From Candidatus Heimdallarchaeota archaeon B3_Heim (GTDB lineage Archaea > Asgardarchaeota > Heimdallarchaeia > Hodarchaeales > Hodarchaeaceae): 32,000 bases of DNA. This document shows positions 17,495 through 25,464 of the stretch, one piece after another; position 1 is the first letter of the stretch, and every line of letters starts with the position of its first letter. A model generated the notes under the pieces. It did no database searches. It saw only the letters and a program-made list of their open reading frames with translations, and was not told the origin of the DNA. The position numbers and the translations under genes are program-made. The stretch lies in assembly GCA_003144275.1 (NCBI GenBank), contig NJBF01000003.1, positions 30,001 to 62,000 of the forward strand. The letters run 5' to 3'.

Positions 17495-20284
17495 TTAAAT
17501 CATCAATTTGAACAATGAATCAAGTTGGGAGTAATGCTCCAATAGACAAGAATCGTTAATAAAAACGTGTGAACTCTGGGTATTTGCCATCAATTCTTCT
17601 AAAATCCTTCTATCTATTTCAAGATTTAAATTTTCAGTATTTCTCCATACAACTAGAGTTCTTTGCTCGTCAATAATTCCGAATATGAATAGATAGTTTA
17701 TTCCATTATGACTTTTACAACGGATAAATGAAGGATTTAGTCCAAGGAGCTGATTACATGTATAAATATAACTTATACCTGTGATTTGTAGAATTTCACC
17801 CTCTTCAAGCTCAGAAATGTCGTTGAAAGGATTTAATGGTATTTCACCTGCGACCTGAAATTTTAGATCTGTGAGATTATATTTCAGGCCTTTTTTCGAC
17901 AGAAATTTTTTCAAATTTATTCTCGTAAAAACCTCCTCCATAGGTTGTTCTAATACTTGATACTGCACAAATACTCCTTGGCTACTTTTATCCCTTGGAG
18001 ATCCATCTTTCCACTGATAAGAAAATGAAAGTTTTTTAATTCTCGGGAGAATAACGTTTTTGAATTGATTGGATTTCTCAATAAGTACAAATTTCTTTTT
18101 TGTCTGATTCTTTCGATTTAACTGCATTACTGCTTGAGCTGTAGTTCCTGAACCCGCAAAAAAATCCATGATTACTTGATTGTCGTCCGTTGCTAATTGG
18201 ACAATACGCTCAATGTAATTCACGGACTTAGGATAATCATGAGTATGCAATCCGAATAAGTCACGTAATTGTTCCCTTCCCCTTTCATTGCTCAATGAAC
18301 CCTCTATCCACATAGATTTTTCTTTAGTTGTCGATGATTCTCCCCTTTTATCTAAGTAATTCTTTCTGAAGACCCGCCAAGCACCAGTTGCAACTTTTTT
18401 TGAAACCAAGAGGTCTTGATTGGTAAGTGTTTTTTCCTTACTCCATGTCCAGCAATCATCAACATTACGACTAGTTTTGGGTAAGATCTCAATGGGGAAT
18501 TCTGCTGATTGCGTTAATGATATTTGAAATGTGTTTTGATTTGTATAAATGGGATAATAGAGATTTGGTCGATTAGTTCGATTAAATCGTGGATTTCTGT
18601 TTCTAAGTTCTATTAAGCGATAAGATCGACCGCAATCATCTACTTTATTATATTCTGCTAGCTGATTTTCATTCTTAGGAATTTTAAAAAGAGTGTTGGT
18701 ATGATCCTTATTCAAGGCATAGATTAAAAGATACTCATGAGTTTTTGCTAGATGTTTGTCTAAGGTTCGTCCACGTGGATTAGTTTGGACGATTATGGGC
18801 CCGATTGAATTATTATCGAAGATTTCATCCAATAATAATTTCAGATTAGACATTTCATTGTCGTCTATACTTGTTATGATAACTCCATCATCCGTAAGAT
18901 AAGTTTTGGCAAGTTCAAGACGATTTCGCATCATAACCATCCACTCATAACGATCAAAATTATCTTTATAGAGAAAATCATCGTTTCCTGTATTATAGGG
19001 GGGGTCGATATAGATACACTTTATCTTACCACACCATATTTTCTGGAGTGAATTTAATGCATACCAATTATCACTCCTGTAAATATATCCATCAAGAAGA
19101 TCATGTATGGGGATATCAGGTAGAGCATTGAGTAGTTTCCATTTGAAATCTGTGTTAAAATAACCTGTATCAATTGGAAATAGTTTTCGTAATTCAGGGT
19201 CTCTTAGCTGTTCTTTTACTGTAATCGGATCAATCTTATATAGATCTACCCATTCTTTTATCTGTTTTTCATTTGAAACTATTGAATCACTGATCTCTTC
19301 AACAAAACCGCTTCCTGTCCATTCAGCTAGCTTACCTAAGGTGATTACATATTCAGTCTGAGAAACTAGGGATTTTTTCGACCATATGGAGATAAGTAAG
19401 TCTTCAAATGTGGCAAGAAGTTTTGCTAGCTTGAGCAAAAACCAGGAATTTGTTTTTCTTAGGAGAAAATCATCTTTTTCTTTCTCGATTTTTGACAGAA
19501 AATTTACTTGTGAGAGGTTTCCAGAGTCGATTCTCCATAATTTATTTATTAAATCAGTATAATAATCGAATAGATGCTTATGCAAAATTAAAGGGTCATT
19601 TTCTTGAGCAAATAGAGAGATGTGAAATGATAGAGCCTCGATGAAATGATTTGAATTAACATCTACAAGTATAGAGAATTTTCTAAGCGATTTTCTCAAA
19701 GTTTTCTGTATAGCATTGTTAATGGATTCTTGCTTTGGTTGTCTTCCAAATTCTGTTATTTCTTCATCTGTTAGCGATCGAAATTGGAAAGATATCTGGA
19801 TTATTGAGCTGTATTGCTTGACAGGTATCTCAGATAAGAGATATAACTTTTTCCTGGCTGATTTGTCCATTCCTCTGCCAGAAAAAGTCTCTTCTAAGGT
19901 AAAGTAGATGGTGTTATCTTGAAAGCGGAAGGTATGTGAGTAAGCTGGTACTCGGTTACTCAGATAGATATCGTTTGGATCAGGCCACCAATGAGAGGGG
20001 AGACTACCAGTTTTGAAATGGTTTTTTCGGGCTTCTTGGAGTGTTTCTAAATTTTTAAGAAGGTTTTCATACATATGTGTCTTTATTTTAGCTTCTTGAT
20101 CAATTTTATTCAGACTTAGACTTTGGATCTGGGAACGCAATTTGGATTCATAAGATTTCCAAAGGTTTTGAACCTCTGAAATGACCTGAGTATAAATCTG
20201 TTCATTTATTGCTTTTGGATGAATAGGAAATAGAGATAGGATAAGTGAGTGAATGGATACCTGAAGCTTATTTTTAGACATCAC
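17495..20284 (-). CDS. Type III R-M Mod-like DNA adenine methyltransferase (beta class, long form)
   Basis: 'GKIKCIYIDPPYNTG' precedes 'DFFAGSGTTA' (beta order); HDYPKSV; C-terminal 'LVVWRN...VFIN' typical of long Mod subunits. Confidence 0.85.
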   Translation of the reverse strand: MMSKNKLQVSIHSLILSLFPIHPKAINEQIYTQVISEVQNLWKSYESKLRSQIQSLSLNKIDQEAKIKTHMYENLLKNLETLQEARKNHFKTGSLPSHWWPDPNDIYLSNRVPAYSHTFRFQDNTIYFTLEETFSGRGMDKSARKKLYLLSEIPVKQYSSIIQISFQFRSLTDEEITEFGRQPKQESINNAIQKTLRKSLRKFSILVDVNSNHFIEALSFHISLFAQENDPLILHKHLFDYYTDLINKLWRIDSGNLSQVNFLSKIEKEKDDFLLRKTNSWFLLKLAKLLATFEDLLISIWSKKSLVSQTEYVITLGKLAEWTGSGFVEEISDSIVSNEKQIKEWVDLYKIDPITVKEQLRDPELRKLFPIDTGYFNTDFKWKLLNALPDIPIHDLLDGYIYRSDNWYALNSLQKIWCGKIKCIYIDPPYNTGNDDFLYKDNFDRYEWMVMMRNRLELAKTYLTDDGVIITSIDDNEMSNLKLLLDEIFDNNSIGPIIVQTNPRGRTLDKHLAKTHEYLLIYALNKDHTNTLFKIPKNENQLAEYNKVDDCGRSYRLIELRNRNPRFNRTNRPNLYYPIYTNQNTFQISLTQSAEFPIEILPKTSRNVDDCWTWSKEKTLTNQDLLVSKKVATGAWRVFRKNYLDKRGESSTTKEKSMWIEGSLSNERGREQLRDLFGLHTHDYPKSVNYIERIVQLATDDNQVIMDFFAGSGTTAQAVMQLNRKNQTKKKFVLIEKSNQFKNVILPRIKKLSFSYQWKDGSPRDKSSQGVFVQYQVLEQPMEEVFTRINLKKFLSKKGLKYNLTDLKFQVAGEIPLNPFNDISELEEGEILQITGISYIYTCNQLLGLNPSFIRCKSHNGINYLFIFGIIDEQRTLVVWRNTENLNLEIDRRILEELMANTQSSHVFINDSCLLEHYSQLDSLFKLMI

Positions 20285-20296
20285 AATCCCTGCTAT

Positions 20297-20551
20297 TCAT
20301 TCTTTTGTAGGATATTTGAGGAATAGTGTTTCCAGCTGATTTGGAGGGAGATATCGAGCTGATACGATTATTTCATCGTCCAATGCTAATGCGGGAGTAG
20401 TAAAAATTCCTCTTTCAACAATTTCATCCATATCAGTTATATGCACAATATTCGCCTTCCACCCGAGTTTTACAACCACTGATTTCGCGCTCTTAGTTAA
20501 GGCCTCGCATTTTGAACATCCTCCTCTTAATATTTCGATAGTTCTTGTCAT
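20297..20551 (-). CDS. Small thioredoxin-family protein (MTH895/redox-active disulfide protein 2-like)
   Basis: 'IEILRGGCSKCEAL...HITDMDEIVERGIFTTPALALD' (CxxC and TP). Start set at the ATG at 20551. Confidence 0.8.
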   Translation of the reverse strand: MTRTIEILRGGCSKCEALTKSAKSVVVKLGWKANIVHITDMDEIVERGIFTTPALALDDEIIVSARYLPPNQLETLFLKYPTKE

Positions 20552-20621
20552 AATTCGTCCTTCTACAAGTAAGAGCAATGTGATGTTGTCTACTGGGAAA
20601 TGAATCCGTCAAAAATTATCA

Positions 20622-20812
20622 AAGATGGATGAATAAATATCCCGTTCTGAAAGACTTACCCAAATAAGACAGTTAAAAATAATTAGGAACAATTATTACA
20701 AACCGTCCTTGGAGCTGTTCTTCCTGATTCATCGATGCGTGCCTGCTCAGATGCAGGTCTTACCGCCTCTCCACAGGCGTTTAAAGTCTCCGCAGAACTC
20801 TCGGCGACCGGA
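20622..20812 (-). ncRNA. Predicted omega-RNA (scaffold about 20812-20642 plus about 20-nt guide)
   Basis: On the minus strand, GUUCUG-C-GGAGACUU (20798-20784) pairs with AAGUCUUU-CAGAAC (20657-20644). Internal hairpins: CCUGC/GCAGG and GGACGGUU...AAUAAUU/AAUUAUU...AACUGUCU (20708-20667), with G-U pairs. It overlaps the tnpB 3' end, as known omega-RNAs do. Confidence 0.65.
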
Positions 20813-22049
20813 AAGAGTAGGAACTGATAGATAGTATAGTAATTGGCTACGTTGAACGCAGCATTCTGATCACGATCTAATACCAACCCACATAACGGGC
20901 AATGAAAAGCCCGATCAGCTAACGTGAGATGACGATGGTAATAGAGGCATTTAGAGCATAATTTCGAGGAAGGAAACCAGCGATCGATCTCAATCACCGT
21001 GGAACCATATAAAGGCGCTTTATATGCGAGGAAACGCTGAAACATCCCATGTGAAAGATCGGCCCAATATTTACTCAGCTTCTTATTTTGCATCAATCCT
21101 TTGACATATAAATCCTCGGTAACTATCACGCTGTGGTTTTTAGCCAGATAAGTTGAGGTTTGATGCAAAAAATTATGCCTTTGGTTTGCTATTCGACGAT
21201 AGAATCGGGCTAAGCGGAGGGTAGACTTCCGTTTATTATTTGAGCCTTTTTGTTTCCGCGAATGAGCTTTTGATAATCGACCCTGTTTCCGAGCTTGCTG
21301 GAGGAGGAATTTTGGACGAGCGATAGATATTCCCGAAGATAACGCCGCAAAGACGGATAAGCCTTTATCCAACGCAATCATTGGGCCATCGTTTGGGTTA
21401 CAATCAGGTTGTTCCTCTTTCACAGTAAGAGCCACATACCAGCGATCAGCTGTCCGAGAGACCGTGGCACTCAGTATCCGTGCGGATACAGGTAAATTTG
21501 GCCTCTCTTTTAGACGTAATTTGCTTAAGCGAGGTAATTGCACCTGTTTTACCTTTGGAAACAAATGAATCGCACCAGTTAATCGAAAGCTGTCTTTACA
21601 TTTGCCTTTTTTCTTGAAAATGGGTAAGCCGATATAACGGGTGGTTTGCTTCCGTTTTATTTGTTGATGATTGGTGAAGAAATTCTGATAGCTACGGTCT
21701 AAGTCGCGGAGGGCCTCTTGCGGGACACATTTCGAGACCTCATACATCCAAGGAAACTCGGTTAGTTTCAAATGATTTAATTCTTTATGCTGTTTCATAG
21801 CATCGGTATAACGAGCCTCACCTGTTTGCGTGCGATAACGTTGTTTTCGATTGGCTATTCCCCAGTTCCAGGTAAATCGCGATATACTCGCACATTTACC
21901 CAGTAGCTTCCGTTCTTTATTATTTACACGTAATTCGTACTTGTATCCTCGTGTACGGAGCATCCCTGACCATCCTTACTTAGACCCGCTATTAATCTCT
22001 AGTAATACTGATTGATTACGCGCTTTTCTGCTTATAAACCTACTAGGCC
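20642..22049 (-). mobile_element. Non-autonomous IS607-like tnpB element (no tnpA); right end about 20642, left end uncertain
   Basis: tnpB ORF followed by the terminal sequence GGGTAAGTCTTTCAGAACGG, resembling the ...GTAAGTTTT..AGAACGG right ends I recall for IS607-type elements. The left coordinate is only a candidate GG. Confidence 0.6.
20683..21963 (-). CDS. tnpB: RNA-guided endonuclease TnpB
   Basis: N-terminal GYKYELR...SRFTWNWG; RuvC-I IALDKG, RuvC-II VTEDL, Zn finger CSKC...CPLC, RuvC-III DRDQNAAFN; tail ..NACGE. Confidence 0.95.
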   Translation of the reverse strand: MLRTRGYKYELRVNNKERKLLGKCASISRFTWNWGIANRKQRYRTQTGEARYTDAMKQHKELNHLKLTEFPWMYEVSKCVPQEALRDLDRSYQNFFTNHQQIKRKQTTRYIGLPIFKKKGKCKDSFRLTGAIHLFPKVKQVQLPRLSKLRLKERPNLPVSARILSATVSRTADRWYVALTVKEEQPDCNPNDGPMIALDKGLSVFAALSSGISIARPKFLLQQARKQGRLSKAHSRKQKGSNNKRKSTLRLARFYRRIANQRHNFLHQTSTYLAKNHSVIVTEDLYVKGLMQNKKLSKYWADLSHGMFQRFLAYKAPLYGSTVIEIDRWFPSSKLCSKCLYYHRHLTLADRAFHCPLCGLVLDRDQNAAFNVANYYTIYQFLLFPVAESSAETLNACGEAVRPASEQARIDESGRTAPRTVCNNCS

Positions 22050-22618
22050 ACGTGATCTAAATCAAAATTGCTAATTTTCCCTTATTTTACTATTAAAAGG
22101 GTACATAGTTCATCGTTGGAGCTATAATCTCATGAGATCGGTTCAATCATCTGTTTTTTTTATGTCTTAATATCTATCCCCTTTTCTTTCCTTCATTAAC
22201 TAGCTATCTGTTTCTCTCTTCCTCTTGAAACTGTCTTTTTCTATTTGTCCATAAATGTCCATATTTAGCCAAAAATAATAGATATTTATCAACCCCCATT
22301 TTCAGGAATTTTCTTTCATATCCACAATCTTTCAGACGATAGAAATAGAATAAATACAAACGGACATGGAAGAAATTTTGTGTCCTTCTTCTTATATCTG
22401 GTCTTAATCTTTAAGTAAGATTTTATCTTTTACCAATATTCTTGTGACGATGTGTTGCTCGCTTGGGAATGAATCCATCATGAAGATCTTTTAAACAAAA
22501 GAAATTTCTGGTCCTACTATAACAAGCGAGCAAGTTCAAGGAAGTTTATTTCCATTAAAAAAGTTATCAAGGAAAGGGGATAATATCTCACTTCATTGGA
22601 TATTAGGAGATATGACGT

Positions 22619-23833
22619 GTGGCAAGAGTAATATGTCTTGGAGGATGTGGGGTCGTTGGTAGTATTGCAACAAAAACATTGGCAGCTTTTCCTGACTTTT
22701 CTGAAGTGGTTATTGGAGACATTAATGCCCAAAAAGGTCAGCAATTAATACAAACAAATCCTGCAAAGATTTCCTTTCAGAAGATAGACGTGAATGACTT
22801 TGATCACTTAGTTGACGTGTTAAAAGAGTTTGATGTTGTAGTAAATACAATTGGCCCATTTTATCAATATGGACCTCTGGTACTCAAAGCTACAATTCAA
22901 GCAGGAAAAAAGTACGTTGACGTAAGTGACGATGTAGATGCAACTCAATTAGCTCTTGAAATGAACTCAGAAGCAAAAGCAGCTGAGGTATCAGCAATAA
23001 TTGGATTAGGTAGTTCTCCCGGTGTGACAAATATACTTGCTAAGTTCGCAGCTACTGATTTACTAGATGAAGTCATATCAATTGATCTGTATCATGCTCA
23101 TGGTGGTGAACCGACAGAAGGACCAGGTGTCATCTTTCACCGAATCCATGCTATGACTACAGACATTCCTGTTTTCGTTGATGGTGACTTTAAAACAGTT
23201 TCATTCTTTAGTGAAGAGGGACAATCTTTAGAGGAAGAAGTAGAATTTGAAAAGGTAGGAACATATCGTGTTCATCCCTATCCTCACCCCGAGACGATCA
23301 CTTTACCTCAATTTATTCCAGGAGTAAAACGCGTTACCAATAAAGGAACCGTACTCCCGCCTGAGTACTTTTATTTAATTGTTAACTTAGTAAAAAATGG
23401 TTTGAACGATGAAACTCCACTTAATGTTAAAGGAAAAAAAATAAAACCAATTGATTTTGCAATCGCGTATATTATTCATACTCGTGAACGAATATTAAAA
23501 GAAACCAACTTTGGTACACAGCGAGGATGCGTAAAAATTGTTGTTAAGGGAAAAAAGGCTGGTGCTTCACATACTATTATTTTTTCTCTTGCATCAGAGG
23601 ATCAAGCACTGGGTGAGGGGACAGGGATGCCAGTGGCTTTTGGTGCAATCATGCTCCAACGTGGTCTAATTAATGAGATTGGTGTACTTCCCCCTGAAGC
23701 ATGTGTAGATCCAATGGAGTTTTTGGGTATACTACAAGAACATCTGAGCTTAGAAACTGCAAGTGGAGGAGCATCACCTCTAACGATTGAGTCGATTGAT
23801 GTAAATGGTAATATCGAGAAAATTACTCTATGA
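22619..23833 (+). CDS. Saccharopine dehydrogenase-like NAD(P)-dependent oxidoreductase
   Basis: Rossmann motif LGGCGVVG, 'VVVNTIGPFY', 'YVDVSDD', 'GLGSSPGVTN', C-terminal 'GVLPPEAC'. GTG start with GGAG upstream. Confidence 0.85.
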   Translation: MARVICLGGCGVVGSIATKTLAAFPDFSEVVIGDINAQKGQQLIQTNPAKISFQKIDVNDFDHLVDVLKEFDVVVNTIGPFYQYGPLVLKATIQAGKKYVDVSDDVDATQLALEMNSEAKAAEVSAIIGLGSSPGVTNILAKFAATDLLDEVISIDLYHAHGGEPTEGPGVIFHRIHAMTTDIPVFVDGDFKTVSFFSEEGQSLEEEVEFEKVGTYRVHPYPHPETITLPQFIPGVKRVTNKGTVLPPEYFYLIVNLVKNGLNDETPLNVKGKKIKPIDFAIAYIIHTRERILKETNFGTQRGCVKIVVKGKKAGASHTIIFSLASEDQALGEGTGMPVAFGAIMLQRGLINEIGVLPPEACVDPMEFLGILQEHLSLETASGGASPLTIESIDVNGNIEKITL

Positions 23834-23849
23834 TTGCAGATAGGAGAAT

Positions 23850-25436
23850 ATGAAGTTGGAACATTCCCTCCCAAAGAAATACATACTAGCATTTGATCAT
23901 GGTACATCTGGAATCAAAGCTGCTCTTGTATCAATTCATGGCGAAGTTTTGGATTTTGTTTATGAACATACCCCTGTCTATTTTAAGGATCAGGGAGGTG
24001 CGGAACAGAATCCAAATGAGTGGTGGCAAGCAATTCTAAATACTTCCAAAGAATTACTAGCTAAAGATCTAGTGCCAGTTGAAGATATTGTTGCCGTTTC
24101 CTCATCTTCTCAGTGGTCAGGGACCGTTGCTGTTGATGAACAAGGAGAGGCTTTGATGAATGCCATCATCTGGATGGATGCCAGAGGGGCAAAATATCTT
24201 AAGGATAAAATATTCCGAGGATTAATTAAAATTTCTGGATATCCACTTAGAGATGTTATTCGCTTTCTTTACAAGACGGGTGGAGCGCCAACGCATTCTG
24301 GAAAAGATCCTATTGCCCATATATTGTTTCTTAAATATGAGTATCCAGAAATTTATGAAAAGACCTATAAATTCCTTGAATGCATTGACTACCTCAATTT
24401 GAAGTTTACTGGAAAGTTTGCGGCTTCCACCACCTCTATCATACTTCATTGGATCACTAATAACAGAGATATCAATAATATTCGCTATGATAAGTCTCTG
24501 ATTAATCGATTAAAAGTTGATGGAGAAAAATTCCCTGATCTTCATTCTCCTACCTCTATCCTAGGTGATATTAAACCAGAGGTAGCAGATGAATTAGGAT
24601 TAAATCGTGACGTTAAAATAGCAATGGGTGCGCCTGATCTCCAGTCAGCAGTTATTGGATCAGGAGCCATTAACGATTACCAAGGGCATATCTATATTGG
24701 AACGAGTTCATGGTTAATTTGTCATGTCCCGTATAAAAAAACTGATATCTCTCATAATATTGCTTCAATTCCATCTGCCATTCCTGGGAGATATTTCGTA
24801 GTTAATGAGCAAGAAACAGCGGGTGCAAGTTTGTCTTTTCTTCGGGACAATCTCTTTTATTCTGATGATGAAGATCGCTATGGTAATTCTCAGGTCTATC
24901 AATCGTTTGATAAACTTGTAGAACAAGTGCCAGCGGGAAGTAATGGAGTTCTGTTTACTCCTTGGTTGTATGGGGAACGTACACCTGTTGAAGATCATAA
25001 ATTAAGAGGTAGTATCTTTAATCTTTCATTAACATCTAAAAGAGAAGATATCATACGAGCAGCATTTGAAGGAGTAGCCTATAATAGTCGTTGGGTATTA
25101 AAATATGTCGAAAAATTCGCTAAACGAAAATTGAATCCTCTTAATATTATCGGTGGAGGAGCCAGATCAGATGTTTGGTGTCAAATTTATGCCGATGTCC
25201 TTAATCGCACCATTAGACAAGTTAAAGACCCTATTCAAGCCAATGCTCGAGGTGCTGCCCTTATTGCATCCGTTGCCTTAGGGTATATTGAATTTGAGGA
25301 TATTCCCAACCTTACCCAAATTTCACAGACTTTTACTCCGAATCCGGAGAATGTTAAATTGTATGATTCTCTATTCAAGGAATTTCTTTTACTTTATAAG
25401 AATAATAAGAAAGCCTATCACCGATTAAACCGATAA
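23850..25436 (+). CDS. FGGY-family carbohydrate kinase (xylulokinase-like)
   Basis: AFDHGTSGIKA, AEQNPNEWW, WMDARG, GAPD, YIGTSSW, PWLYGERTP, EGVA, IGGGARS. Confidence 0.92.
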   Translation: MKLEHSLPKKYILAFDHGTSGIKAALVSIHGEVLDFVYEHTPVYFKDQGGAEQNPNEWWQAILNTSKELLAKDLVPVEDIVAVSSSSQWSGTVAVDEQGEALMNAIIWMDARGAKYLKDKIFRGLIKISGYPLRDVIRFLYKTGGAPTHSGKDPIAHILFLKYEYPEIYEKTYKFLECIDYLNLKFTGKFAASTTSIILHWITNNRDINNIRYDKSLINRLKVDGEKFPDLHSPTSILGDIKPEVADELGLNRDVKIAMGAPDLQSAVIGSGAINDYQGHIYIGTSSWLICHVPYKKTDISHNIASIPSAIPGRYFVVNEQETAGASLSFLRDNLFYSDDEDRYGNSQVYQSFDKLVEQVPAGSNGVLFTPWLYGERTPVEDHKLRGSIFNLSLTSKREDIIRAAFEGVAYNSRWVLKYVEKFAKRKLNPLNIIGGGARSDVWCQIYADVLNRTIRQVKDPIQANARGAALIASVALGYIEFEDIPNLTQISQTFTPNPENVKLYDSLFKEFLLLYKNNKKAYHRLNR

Positions 25437-25464
25437 AGCCTTGAATTGCAGGGTCGTCACAAAG

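Noticed and set aside
17495-20284. Phase-variable simple sequence repeats in mod
   Set aside because: No tandem repeat tract seen in or upstream of the ORF.
22246-22263. TGTCCATA direct repeat with 10-bp period
   Set aside because: Only two short copies; not enough to call an operator or iteron.
22281-22289. Possible self-target of the predicted guide (GATATTTAT)
   Set aside because: Only 9 AT-rich nt match and no GG-ending TAM-like context precedes it; expected by chance.
22204-22410. Open minus-strand frame (..RLKDCGYERKFLKMGVDKYLL..RNR*)
   Set aside because: No upstream start apart from an ATG giving 31 aa, and no recognisable motif.
21964-22618. CRISPR array or Cas12f-type locus beside tnpB
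   Set aside because: No regularly spaced direct repeats on either side of tnpB and no cas genes. The 3' overlapping omega-RNA structure explains the protein as a transposon TnpB.
22612-22662. 16-aa upstream ORF overlapping the dehydrogenase start
   Set aside because: The same GGAG serves the in-frame GTG at 22619, which gives a normal Rossmann N-terminus; no evidence for a leader-peptide role.
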